A DNA stretch of 64,000 bases from the human T2T-CHM13v2.0 reference genome, Homo sapiens: the NCBI RefSeq assembly GCF_009914755.1, contig NC_060929.1; one strand, 5' to 3'. The notes under the pieces were generated by a model. The model saw nothing but the letters and a program-made list of their open reading frames with translations. It was not told the origin of the DNA and made no database searches. Of the stretch, positions 36,666 through 51,069 are shown piece after piece. The translations under genes were made by a program, and so were the position numbers. Within the stretch, counting starts at the first letter, position 1, and the number at the start of each line of letters is the position of its first letter.

Positions 36666-39600
36666 TGCATAATTTCTCTAGATAGGACTTCCAGTATTAT
36701 CAATACATGGAATAGTAGTTGAGAGAATGGGCATCCTTATCTTGTTCCTGGTCTTAGAGGAAAAGCTTTCAGGTTTTCATCACTGAGTATGGTGTTAGCT
36801 ATGGGTTTGTCGTGTATGGCCTTTATTATGTTGAGGTACGTTCCTTTTATATGTAATTTGTTAAATTTTATTTTATCATGAAAGCATGTTGATTTTTTAA
36901 AGCAAATTCTTTCAGATCTTGAAGCATGTTGAATGTTGTCACATGTTCTTTCCATATCTATTGAGACGATTATATTGTTTTTATCCTTCAGTCTGTTAAT
37001 GTGGCATATCATTGATTGATTTGCATATATTGAATCATCCTTGCATCTCAAAGATAAATCCCACTTCATCATGATGTATGATCCTTTTAGTGTGCTGTTG
37101 AACATGGCTTGCTAGTATTTTGTTGAGGATTTTTGCATCCATGTCCATCAGGGGTACTGGCCTGTGATTTTCTTACCTCGTGTGTTCTTGTTTGGTTTTG
37201 GTATCATGGTAATACTGGCCTCATAAAATGAGTTTGGAAATGTTCTCTCCTCTACATTTCTTTAGAAGTATTAGAGAAGGATTGGTATTAATTCTTCCTT
37301 CAATATTTGGTAGAATTTACTAGTGAAGTCAGCAGGCCCTTGGCTTTAGTTCATTGAGAGTTTTTGTTTGTTTGAGACAGTCTTGCTCTGTCACCCAGGC
37401 TGGAGTGCAGTGGCATGAACTCGGCTCACTGCAATTTTCGCCTCCAGGGTTAAGTGATTCTCCTGCCTCAGCCTCCTGAGCAGTTGGGACTACAGGCACT
37501 CACCACCATGCCTGGCTAATTTTTGTATTTTTAGTAGAGATGAAGTTTCGTCATGTTGGCCAGGCTAGTCTGGAACTCCTGACCTCAGTTGATCTGCCCG
37601 CCTCGGCCTCCCAAAGTGCTGGGATTACAGATGTGAGCCCTCGTGCCTGGCCGACAGTTTCTGATTACTGATTCAGTGTTCTTTCTTGTTATTGGTTTGT
37701 TGAACTTTTCTATTTTTTTCATGATTCAGTCTTGGTATGTTTCTAGGAAGTTATCCATTTCTTCTAGGTTATTCAATTTGTTAGTGTATAATTGTTTATA
37801 GTAGTCCTTAATGATTCTTTGCATTTCTGTGGTATTAAATCTGATTTCTCCTCTTTCATTTATAATTTTATTGATTTGAGTCTTTTTTCTTAATTTAGCT
37901 AAAAGATTGTGAATTTTGTTTTCATTTCAACAAAAAACTCTTCATTGATCTTTTCTATTGTTTTTTAGTGTCTAATTCATTTATTTCTGCTCTGATCTTT
38001 GTTATTTTCTTCCTTCTGCTAACTTTGGGTTAGTTCTTCTTTTTCTACTTCCTTGAGGTGTAAAGTTTGGTTGTTTATTTGAGATCTTTTTTTTTTCTTT
38101 GTCGTAGTTGTTTATTACCATAAGATTCCCTCTTGGATTTGCTTTTGCTTTATCCCGTAAGTTTTGATATGTTGTGTTTCCATTTTTGTTTGTCTCAACA
38201 TATTTTTCTATTCCTCTTTTGATTTCTTTGACCCATTGGTTGTTCAGGAGTTTGTTGTTTAATTTCTACCTATTTGTCAATTTTCCAATTTTCCTTCTTT
38301 TTTTTTTTTTTTTGACATGGAGTCTCGCTCTGTCACCCAGGCTGGAGCGCAGTGGCGCAATCTCTGCTCACTGCAAGCTCCGCCTCCCGGGTTCAGCCAT
38401 TCTCCTGCCTCAGCCTCCTGAGTAGCTGGTACTACAGGCGCCCGCCACTACGCCTGGCTAATTTTTTGTATTTTTTAGTAGAGATGGGGTTTCATTGTGT
38501 TAGCCAGGATGGTCTCAATTTCCTTCTGATTTCCTTCTGATTTCTAGTTATACAGTTGCCAAAATATCATACTTGGTATTATTTCAGTCTTCTTAAATTT
38601 GTTAAGTAAGACTTGTTTTGTGGCCTAACATATGATCTAAACTAGAGAATGTTCTGTCTGTGCTTGAAAAGAGTATATATTCTGCTGCTGTCAGAATGTT
38701 CTATATATGTCTGTTAGGTCCATTTGGTCTGAAGTGTTATTCAAATCCATTGTTTTTTTAATTGATATTCTGATGATCTATCCATTGTTGAAAATGGAGT
38801 GTTGAAGTCCCCTATATTACCGTCTGTTTTTTCCTTTAGTTCTATTAATATTTGGTTCATTTACTTAGGTGCTTTGATATTGGGAGTACATACATTTACT
38901 ATGTATACAACCTCTTGATAAATCAACAAACCCTTTATTATTATATAAAGACCTTCTTTGTCTTGTGATAGTTGTTATTTTTTTACTTTTTTTTTTTTTT
39001 TTGAGACAGAATCTTACTCTGTTACCCAGGCTGCTGGTGTGCACCAGTACTATCACAGCTCACTGCAGTGTCAACTACTTGGGCTCCAGCAGTACCACTG
39101 CTTCAGCCTCCTGAGTAGCTGGGACTATAGGTGTGTGCCACCTCTTGTGACAGTTTTTGATTTAACATCTATTTTGTCTGATGTAAGTATAGCCAGCTCT
39201 GTCCTTTTTGGTTGCCATTTCCATGGAATATCTCTTTTCATTTCTTCACTTATGGCTTACATGCATCCTTTTTATTTTTTTGAGACAGGTTCTTATTCTG
39301 TTGCCCAGGCTGGAGTGCAGTGGTGCAATCACTGCTCACTACAGCCTTGACCTGCCAGACTCAAGCAATCTTCCCACCTCAGTCTCCTGAGTAGTTAGGA
39401 CTACAGGCATGCACCCCCATACCCAGCTAATTTTGGTATTGTTTGTAGAGATGAGGTCTCCCTATGTTGCCTAGGCTGGTCTTGAACTTCTGGGCTCAAG
39501 TGACCTGCCTGCCTTGGCCTCTCAAAGTGCTGGGATTACAGGTGTGAGCCACTATGCCTGGCTATATGCATCCTTAAAGCTAAAGTGATTTTCTTGTGGG

Positions 39601-40018
39601 CAACATAGAGTTGGTTCTTGGTTTTCTATTCATTCAGCCACTCTATATCATTTTACTGGGTATTGATAGGTAAGGATTTACTGTTAACCATTTTGTTAAT
39701 GTTTTCTGACTGTTTTATAGTCCTTTTGTTACTTCCTCTCTTGCTCTCTTCCTCTGTGATTTGCTGGTTTTTTGTAGTGGTATGCTTTGATTCCTTTTTC
39801 TTTATCTTTTGTGTTATCTATACTACAGATTTTTCTTTGTGATTATCATGGGGCTTACATAAAACACAAGTCTTTTTTAAGCTGGTAATAGTTTTAACTT
39901 CGGCTATATGTAAAATCTCTACACTTTACACTTTTTATTGATACTACAGTTAACATCTTTTCATATTGTGTATCCCTTAAGAAATTATTTTATATATAGC
40001 TTTTTTTTTTTTTTTTGA

Positions 40019-40405
<387 letters not shown>

Positions 40406-43400
40406 TAGTTATTTTTAATGCCTTTTTAACTTTTATACTAGCATTAAAAGTGTTTTGCATACCACTGTTACAGTATTAGAGCATTCTGAATATGACTGTT
40501 CTTATTTTTACACAGTGAATTTTATACTTTCATGTTTTTCTTTTCTTTTTTTTTTGGAGATGGAGTCTCACTCTCTCGCCCAGGCTGGAGTGCAGTGGCG
40601 TGATCTCAGCTCACTGCAACTCCACCTCCCGGGTTCAAGCGATTCTCCTGCCTCAGCCTCCTGAGTAGCTGAGATTACAGGTGACCACCACCACGCCCTG
40701 CTAATTTTTGTATTTTTAGTAAAGACAGTGTTTCACCATGTTGGCCCGGCTAGTCTCAAACTCCTGACCTCAGGTGATCCACCTACCTCAGCCTCGAAAA
40801 GTGCTGGGATTACAGGCGTGAGCCACACCGCTCCCCCCCAACCCATATGTTTTCATGCTGTTAGTTAGCATCCTTTCATTTCAACTTGAAGAACTCCCAT
40901 TAACATTTCTTGTGAAGCAGTCCTACTGGTGATGAACTCCCTCAGCTTTTGTTTTCTGGGAGTCTTTTTTGTTTTCCCTTAAGAGAGAGGGTCTCACTGT
41001 GTTACTCAGGCTGGTCTTGAACTCCTGAGCTTAAGCAATCTTCCCAGTTCAGTCCTCTTGAGTAGCTGGAACTACTGATGTGCATCATCATGCCCAACTT
41101 AGGAAAGCTTTTATTTATTTTTTTCATTTGTGAAGGACAGCTGGCTTGCTGGATATGGTGTTCTTTGTAGGGTATTGTTTTTGTTTTTTTCTCTGAGACA
41201 GGGTCTTAACTCTTGCTCAGGCTAGAGTGCAATGGCGTGATCCTAGCTTACTGCACCCTCAATCTCCTGGGCTCAAGCAATCCTTCCACCTCAGCCTCCC
41301 AAGTAGCTGAGGTGTATGCCACCACACCCAGCTAATTTTTGTATTTTTTTTGTAGAGATGGGGTTTTACCATGTTACCCAGGCTGGTCTTATACTCCTGG
41401 GCTGAAGCATTTTACCTGCCTTGGCCTCCCAGAGTGCTGGAATTACTTGCATGAGCCACCATGCCCAGCCCAGTGGTTTTTTTTCTTTCAGCACTTTGAA
41501 TATGTTATCTCACTCTCTTCTAGCCTTCAAGGTTTCTGCTGAGAAAACCACTGACAGTCTTATGAGAGTTTCATTGTATATGACAAGTTGCTTTTCTCTT
41601 GCTGCTTTCAAAAGTCTGTTTGTCTTTGACTTTCCAGAATTTGATTATAATGTGTCTTAGTGAAGTTTTTTTTTTTTTTTTAAGACGAAGTCTTGCCACT
41701 CTGTCGCCCAGGCTGGAGTGCAGTGGCACCATCTTGACTCACTGCAACCTCTGCCTCCTGGGTTCAAGTGATTCTCCTGCCTCAGCCTCCTGAGTAGCTG
41801 GGATTACCGACACCCACCATACCTAGCTAATTTTTGTATTTTTAGTAGAGACGGGGTTTCACCATGTTGGTCAGGCTGGTCTTGAACTCCTGACCTCAGG
41901 TGATCTGCCCCATCGGCCTCCCAAAGTGCTGGGATTACAGGTGTGAGCCACCGCGCCCGGCCTGTCATTATTACTTTAAATAAGCTTTCTGCCCCTTTCT
42001 CTTTCTTTACTCTTTTCACTATTCCTATAATGTGCATTTCATTTTGCTTGATGGTGTCCTATAAATCCTGTAGGCTTTCTTTATTCTTTTTCATTCCTTT
42101 TTCTTTTTGTTCCTCTAACTGGATAATTTCAAATGACCTGTCTTGGAGCTCACTGCTTCTTTCTTCTGTTTGATCAAGTCTTCTGTTGAATTGCCCTATG
42201 GAATATTTCAGTTTAGTCCTTGTGTTCTTCAGCTCTAGATTGCATTTGGTTGTCTATGTTCTCTTGTTGCTCACTGAGCTTCTTTAAGACAATTATTTTG
42301 AATTCTTTGTTAGGAAGTTCATAGATCTGCATTATTTTGGATCAGTTGCTGGTGCTTAATTTTCTTCCTTTGCTAGTGTCATTTGTCCCTGATTATTTGT
42401 GATCCTTGTGGCCTTTAATTGGTGTCTATACATTTAAACATGTGGACTCCTCTTCCAGTCTTTATAGACTGGCTTTGCCAAGGAAAGCCCTTCACTTGTC
42501 AGGTCATCTAGAGGTTCTGGGTGGGCTTGCTGAAGGGCTCTGCAGGCAAGTTTGCTCCTGGAGTCCTTGGGTAGGCTGGCCTATTGCTGGAGTCAGCAGC
42601 CAGGTGGGTCTGAGGCTTGGGTCTGTAGAGGTCATCCTGGTGCCTGGTACTGTGGAAGCAGGCCTGGAGCCTGGATCATTTGGGGTCAGTCTGAAACCTG
42701 GGTCCATAGGAGCTGAACCGGCAGTGGGGTGGGCTTTGAGTCTGAATCCACGAGAACTTACCTGGCACCTGTATCTGTGGGAGTGGACTTGGTCCTGACT
42801 CCACAGGCACCAGCGTGGCATGGGGGTCTCTTGGGGCAGGCCTGTCAACTAGGACTGTGGGTGTGAGCCTGGAGTCCAGGACTCCAGGGATGGGTGGGCC
42901 CTGAGCCTAGGTCTGCAGCTGCTGGCTTGGTGCTGGGGTAGACCTGTAACCAGGTTCTGCTGGGGCTAGCTTGGGTCCATGGGAACCATTTTGGAGCTTG
43001 GGGCCATACTTTTCTTTGACCTTTAACTCCACTCTAAATTCATCCTTGATCTCTTGACTTCATTCCTTCTGGATGTGTTGAGAGATAAGGAGGTCTGTGA
43101 AGGGAGATCACATGGTTAATTGATCGCCATTTTTATTTTCTCATCCCTTTGACTCTCACAGGGAGGCAGAACTAGTCACATGTCACATTTTCTTCCCTTG
43201 ACCCTTGTAGGAGAAGCCTTATTTATTAGCATGTTGCTCTTACATAACAGGACAGTGGCTTTATACATTAGCAGGCATTTGGCAGGGTCAAGTTCTCTTC
43301 TTGGACCTATTTGACAATTATCCCAAATTTGTGGATGGCATTTAATTCATTCACTTTCAGTTGACTTGAAGTAAAACCCTTTTGGTTAATATTATTTGGA

Positions 43401-44679
43401 CAGTTCTCACAAATGTTAATGAGCAGCATGCTTTCACCACAAAATTGTGTTAATTTTGTGGTATTATTTGGACTTTATTCACATTTGCTAGTAAAATTTT
43501 CTCCTTTTCCTAGAAGAGCTAAACAAGTGACTTTAAAGATGCAAAAGTGAGTTACTGGTGAGAAACAGGAAGAAATTCTTTGTAGCAAAAGAGTAAGGAT
43601 AGCTATAGTTTCTTCAGTGCTAGTTTAGGGTGGATTGATTGGTTTAATTTATAGCTGACAGTTTACAAAGGTCCTTTTGTGATGACTAGCTCCCTTGATG
43701 CTGTTTCTTGGCACTTGGCTACAACAGTTCACGAGCCTACAAAGTTTCAGGAAAGGTGCAAAATGGAGTTTTAGTCTCTTTTCTGGATTGGCTCCCAAAT
43801 TTTAATAGAGCCTTTTCTGTGGACAGGCTACAACTGTTTGGGGTCATGAAATTACATGATTGTAAGGCTAAGAATGGGCTCACAGAATGAGAATTTATTT
43901 TGTAATTTTCACTAAACATCTTCACAGTTGACTTTACCAGCTTATTGACAGTAGTCTGTACTAACCAGAGATGTGTGATTGAAATTTTAGGCAGTAAATG
44001 TGGTATTTGTTACTTTTTTTGGTAATCATGTCAGATAGCAATGAGTTAGATTAGTATGATGATCTATCACATGAAAAGAAAAGGGAAAGGCCTTAATAGG
44101 AAATGTTGCATTAAACAACATCATGAATTTGTTTTAAAAAATTTTGAGTGCCTACTTTTGTGGCAGGCACTGTGTATATTAGGTACTGGCTATACAGAGA
44201 TGAAAAAAGTAGACATCTTTATCTTCATGGAATTTAGTGTTAAGTGGGTTTATTTACTGTTATGATTTCTTAATCTTTTAACATGTCTGTGTACTGTGAT
44301 TTGGCAAGAGAGATATGCAGGATGAGAGATTTTAAAACTTACCTGACTACAGAATTCACTTCGGGTAAAACCATATCTCACGGTAACAGTGTTCTTCAGA
44401 ATCTAGTTTGAGAAATATTTAATGACCCTAGATTCAAGACCAGTGATCTTGGGGCATAATTTTTTTCATTCTGTTTGATCATTGATAGTCTCTGTATTGA
44501 AAGGTGGATGGTGGCTGAGCATGGTAATTCATGCCCGTAATCTCAGCACTTTGGGAGGCTGAAATGGGAAGATTGCTTGAGCCCAAGTTCGAGACCACCC
44601 TGGGCAACATAGGGAGACTCCTGTCTCTACAAAAAATACAAAAATTAGCCCAGTGTAGTGGTATGTGCCTGTAGCCCTA

Positions 44680-44825
<146 letters not shown>

Positions 44826-44857
<32 letters not shown>

Positions 44858-44870
44858 TGTGTGTGTGTGT
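44826..44870. repeat. (GA)n(GT)n microsatellite
   Basis: Read directly. Confidence 0.92.
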
Positions 44871-45327
44871 ATTTTTGTGATGGTGAATTTATGGTGTATG
44901 CTATTAGAAAATGTTATTGTATTAAGTCAAAGAAAACTGATGGCTTTTAAATACTTCTGGGAAAAAGGCTGGATGCCTATAGGTAATAAAACTGTAATTT
45001 GGGTGGGACAGAAGAAATAAAAAAATCTTCATGATTCTTTAAACTTAACATGAAATATATGCAGGAAAAAATCTATTCAGATCATTTAATTAGGCACAAG
45101 AAAAGTGGGAAGCCCCTGAGACACCTTGAGTTGTGGGGCCTGACTTAGTCCCAGCTGTGCCAAATCATGTCAAGTCTCCATGAGCATTTTAGTTCGTATA
45201 AATGGAGCTAACAACCTCCTTCCTAACTAGGGACAGTGATTTGCCAGAGATCCAGGCCCCTTGCAGAGAGGCAAAGGTAGTTACTATCTAAGGGAGTATA
45301 TCAAATAAAGTATCCAGGAGGATGGTA

Positions 45328-45333
45328 TGTGTG

Positions 45334-45372
<39 letters not shown>

Positions 45373-45379
45373 ACACACA
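45328..45379. repeat. (TG)n microsatellite ending in an inverted (CA)n
   Basis: ...tgtgtgtgt|acacacaca. Confidence 0.9.
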
Positions 45380-47098
45380 GCTGAGGAAGCTGTGTATAAA
45401 ATTTTTTCCCTTATGCTTTGGGCTGGGATAGGCTTAAGTGTGGAACACCCAATTACTGACATTGATAGGAAGGTGGGAGTGTTTTGGTTGGTGCATCTGC
45501 CTGTGTTGAGGTGTTCACAGTCAAACTAGGGTAATCTTGTGAGCCAGTAATTTTTGCTTACCTAGTGTAACAAGGGCCTTTTATTTATTTATTTATTTAT
45601 TGAGACAGAATCTTGCTGTTGTTGCCCAGGTTGGAGTGCAGTGGTATGATCTCGTCTCACTGCACTCCACCTCCCAGGTTCAAGTCTTCTCCTGCCTCAG
45701 CCTCCTGAGTAGCTGGGATTACAGGTGGGCGCCACCACACCCAGCTGATTTTTGTATTTTTAGTAGAGATGGTTTCGCCATGTTGGACAGGCTGGTCTTG
45801 AATTCCTGACCTCGTGATCTACCCACCTCAGCCTCCCAAAGTGCTGGGATTACAGGCATGAGCCACCGTGCCTGGCCATGAGGGCCTTTTTATTTATTTA
45901 TTTTTGTATTTTTAGTAGAGATGGGGTTTCATCGTGTGAGCCAGGATAGTCTCAATCTCCTGACCTCCTGATCCGCCCGCCTCGGCCTCCCAAAGTGCTG
46001 GGATTACAGGCATGAGCCACCGTGCCTGGCCACAAGGGCCTTTTTAAAGGCCATTTCTGTTGGCAACATATGGCCCTTGCATCTTTTCCAAAACTAGGTT
46101 GATAACTAGAACAAAATAAATCCTATCATTTGAAAAGAAACATAAGCACAAATAAATAGGCCAAAGCCATTGCTTTATTCTAATATAGTTTTTAAAAATT
46201 AGACTTCTAGAAATGATTGTGTCACTCAACTTGTGCATCATTTTTTAAGAAGAGCCTAAGGGGCCAGGTGCGGTGGCTCACACCTGTAATCCCAGCGCTT
46301 TGGGAGGCCGTGGCGGGTGGATCATGAGGTCAGGAGATCGAAACCATCCTGGCTAACATGGTGAAACCCTGTCTCTACTAAAAAATAGAAAAAATTAGCC
46401 AGGCGTGGTGGTGGGCGCCTGTAGTCCCAGCTACTCAGGAAGTTGAGGCAGGAGAATGGTGTGAACCTGGGAGGCGGAGCTTGCAGTGAGCCAAGATCGT
46501 GCCACTGCACTCCAGCCTGGGCGACGGAGCAAGACTCCATCTCAAAAAAAAAAGAAGAGCCTAAGGGTCACCATCACACTGCTTGCTGTTTTGTTTTAAA
46601 CTACCACGTGTACACTAATAAAATGCTGTTAATACCAGCAGTGCTACAAAAGCTTGCCTTAACTGTTGCTCAGAAATCATTCTGCTTTCCAAATTGATTC
46701 TTTTTTTTAAAGTCATGTTTATTGTGGTATAATTTTCACACAGTAAAATTCACCCCTCTTACAGTGTACACTTCTATGAGTTTTGACAAATCATGTAATC
46801 ACCACTAATACCAAATAGTTTGATCACCCCCGAAAATTCCCTCTTCTATTTTATTTTATTTTATTTTATTTTATTTTATTGAGATGGAGTCTTGCTCTTG
46901 TTGTCCAGGCTGTGGTGCAATGGCACGCTCTTGGCTCACTGCAACCTCTGCCTCCTGGGTTCAAGCGATTCTCCTGCCTCAGCTTCCTGAGTAGCGGGGA
47001 TTACAGGCACCCACCACCATGCCCGGCTAATTTTTGTATTTTTAGTAGAGATGAGGTTTCGCCATGTGGGCCAGGCTGGTCTCGAACTCCTGATCTCA

Positions 47099-47296
<198 letters not shown>

Positions 47297-47890
47297 TTAG
47301 TTCCTCAAAGCAAACATATCATCACCTTCTTATGTTTTCAGGAAGGAAAAATTACCTTTTTACTTATGGCCAATGCTGCCCAAGTTTTCCTGGTTACCTT
47401 AGGTTTGGATTGTGTACATTCTTCGCACAGCCCATTCCGTCTTGTTCATGTACCTAGCGTTAATGATCTGGAGTACATCAGAGGTGGCCATTCTCTGAGG
47501 GTATTTTAGATTTATAGGTCATTCAATACTGGGTCTGACCAACAGTTCTAGCAACTCAGAATTAAGTATTTTCTGAAACTTCCTATTAGGAAAATACCCC
47601 CTTCTTAAACAGTGACGTTAATACAAATAGCTTTCAATAAAATATTAACTGGAATAGGCATATAAGTTTTTTATCTGATAGCCAGTGTGAGAACCGTCAT
47701 CTTTTATACTTTTCCAAAAGAAGTGGTGTGACAGGTAGGAAGAAAACTAATGCTGCCACATAGAATTCTGCCTAGTAGAACACCATCATAGAAGTGTATA
47801 CAGCTGGGCTAGGCATGGTGGCTCATGCCTGTAATCCCAGCACTTTCAGAGGCTGAGGCCAGAGGACTGCTTGTGAACCCAGGAGTTTGA

Positions 47891-48127
<237 letters not shown>

Positions 48128-48738
48128 TAGTAGAGACGATTTTGCCATGTTGGCCAGGTTGGTCTCAAACTCCTGACCTCAAGTGATCTACCTATCTCAG
48201 CCTCCCAAAGTGCTGGGATTACAGGTGTGAGCCACCACGCCTGGCCTACAAAAAATTTTTTAAAAATTAAAATAAAAGAAAAATATTTAAAAAAAAAGAA
48301 GTATACATAGCTTTCTGTCTGAGATGTTTCAGATACAAATATTAGAAGGAAGACATTTAAAAATCATAGTTTATGTATCTAAGTACCATTATCTGATGGT
48401 ACTTTTGATATTCCTATAGCTGTCCTGTAATTGTTCTCTTAATCCTGTTTGAAGATAATAAAAATAGTATCGTATACTAACTTATAAAAACTAAAAAGAA
48501 ACCCAAGGAAGATGAACAGTGTAGTTATCTATGTTTATTAATCTCGGAATGTTTTATGAGTTAGAGATTTACATATTAAAAGTTCTCTTATAGACCTGGT
48601 TTATTATCTTTGACATGCCAATGATGTTTTCAGATGCAAGGAAATATACCAAGTTACAAATAGAAGGGGTCTTTTCATTTGTTCTGATTGATTTATTGAA
48701 ATTTATGGAGCTTAAAAATTGCGGGACCTTTTTTTAAG

Positions 48739-48933
48739 GCTATGAAAATGATTCTGTAGAAGACCTGAAGGAGGTGACTTCAATATCTTCACGGAAGAGA
48801 GGTAAAAGAAGATACTTCTGGGAGTATAGTGAACAACTTACACCATCACAGCAAGAGAGGATGCTGAGACCATCTGAGTGGAACCGAGATACTTTGCCAA
48901 GTAATATGTATCAGAAAAATGGCTTACATCATG
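48739..48933 (+). CDS. CREBRF: CREBRF exon 5 (195 nt, aa 408-473; RKRGKRR basic cluster; Arg457 codon)
   Basis: tttttaag|GC TAT GAA AAT ... CAT CAT G|gtaaga; phase 1/1; overlaps track ORF 48774..48962. Confidence 0.96.
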
Positions 48934-50636
48934 GTAAGAGGGGATTGCAGTCAGATATTTAGTGTCACTTTAATCAAGTTGAGCTACTAATCCATAATGT
49001 TTACTCCGTGTACCTAGGCATTCAGCCCTTCCTAGCAAACTGGAGATGGGGACTGTAGAGCTGCTACATTTGTGTGACTACTCTTCGTCACTCACAAATA
49101 GCTTTTACCAGTGTTAAGAGTCCTCACCTAAGTGGAGAGGAAGGACTGTGTAAACATTATTTCATTTCTAGTCCCTTCTTAATCTACCTACCCCATTCAG
49201 GAAATGACTAGGAGGCTGCTGGTTTCTGACCTGTCACAGTTGGTATAACCAGAAGGGTTGAGGAGAAAGTGAACGGGCTCTCTTGCATTCTTGTGTAATC
49301 CCCAGATGTAAATGGGGGGACTGGAATTCAAACGGTAATGGGGATAAAAGGGCAAGGAAAGAAAAGAAAGGGAGGATGGTTATGGAGAAAAGGAGTTGTA
49401 GAGAAGAGTTGAATACCTGTAGCAGGAATCAGAAGTTTATAATCTTAGGTAGGTCAGGCCGTGTGCTGCAGCTCATGGTTGTAATCCTAGCACTTTGGGA
49501 GGATCACTTGAGTCCAGGAGTTAGAGTCTGCAGTGAATTGTGATTATGCTACTGCACTCCATCCTGGGCGATAGAGTGAGATCCTGTCTCTAAAAAAATT
49601 TTAAAAATGACAGTCTTAGGTAGGTCAAATTTTTTATTGTGAACTCAGGAAGCTGTGATTAAGTAGAATTTATTCTGCACAAATGTTATTTTTAAATTAA
49701 TCCATAGTTTCTAGTTCTTCTGCTCTGAATAAAAAAAATTAATACAAAGTCTTTACTGAAAAAAGTGGGGAGGGGAACTACTAGTAAGTGTGATGGTCAG
49801 TAAACAGGTTATTCACTCATCGTACGAATGTGAGTTGCAAAGGATTTTTGAGGACAAGAATTCCATCTGATGTATGTTTGTGTCTCATTTTCCTTTTCCA
49901 CTAGCAACCAGGTGTACTATATTGTCTCTCAGTAAATAATTACCAAGCTTTTGCCTTCAGATAAGTTTTCTACTAGAAATGAAACATTAAGTCCAGTCAA
50001 TAATCCCAAGTAGCATATGAATACTAGGAAAGTTGTAGGAGTTCAGAGGACAGAGCCATCCCTTTTGCCTGGAGTGATAGACCAAGACCCCTTGAGTCTT
50101 CTATAATGTTATTTATCAAAGCAACAAAAGAAGAGCTTTTAAACAAGGTTATGCTTACTTGTTGGATTTTCAAGTTCAATACAAAAATGTGTATGTCTGA
50201 CAGTTTTCAGACGTAGCATCAGAAACATCTTGGTTTGTGTAAAATCTCCAAGCTCTCTTCCGACTATGTATTATACCCTAGTCCTGATTTTGGTGTTTAG
50301 TTGAACTCATACTCATCCTGAGATTTGAGATGCTTAGTATGCCATGCAAATAATGAAGAATCTGTCATGCTGGAACTAGAAGCCTAGGGTAGGGAAGAAC
50401 TTGGAAAAAGTTAGAACTCTGCCATATCACCCCCATTTCCTGCAGCCACAAGATGGGAAGGAGAGGAGGCCAGCCCTTCTAGGATAGATTGTTAAACATG
50501 CTAAGACTTCTGAAACATGCCAAGACTTCTGAAAAGAAAAGGTAGTGGTGGGAAGTGGTTAAAAATGTGGCCGTGAAAAACGTGTCTCTTGTTAATTAAA
50601 GTGATCTGACTTAAACTTCTTTTAAACTGTTTATAG

Positions 50637-50826
50637 GAAAATATGCAGTAAAGAAGTCACGGAGAACTGATGTAGAAGACCTGACTCCAAATCCTAAAAA
50701 ACTCCTCCAGATAGGCAATGAACTTCGGAAACTGAATAAGGTGATTAGTGACCTGACTCCAGTCAGTGAGCTTCCCTTAACAGCCCGACCAAGGTCAAGG
50801 AAGGAAAAAAATAAGCTGGCTTCCAG
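50637..50826 (+). CDS. CREBRF: CREBRF exon 6 (190 nt, aa 473-536; start of bZIP basic region [12 protein letters not shown])
   Basis: tttatag|GA AAA TAT GCA ... GCT TCC AG|gtaaat; in frame with both neighbours. Confidence 0.96.
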
Positions 50827-51069
50827 GTAAATGCTAATAATGTTCACTCATGTGAAGAAAGTTTAGGAGGTGAGGTTAGTCCCTAAGTGAGTTTTTATAG
50901 AAGGACAACAAAGAAATTGTATTTTTCTTGTATAAATACTACAATGAGAATATTATAATTTTTCTTTTGAAAGTAGAAGACGGTATTTTTGTTTTATGGA
51001 AAAAGTTTTTAAGAGGGGAGAGATGAATGGACTCTGGTGCATTATGTTGTATAACAATAAAAAATTTTT

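Noticed and set aside
36737-37105. 122-aa RT-like ORF
   Set aside because: Decayed L1 ORF2 fragment, not an intact retroelement or a novel RT system.
42406-42848. Overlapping 130-aa and 114-aa ORFs in GC-rich DNA
   Set aside because: Lie within the putative L1M 5' region inside the TSD; GC richness explains the open frames.
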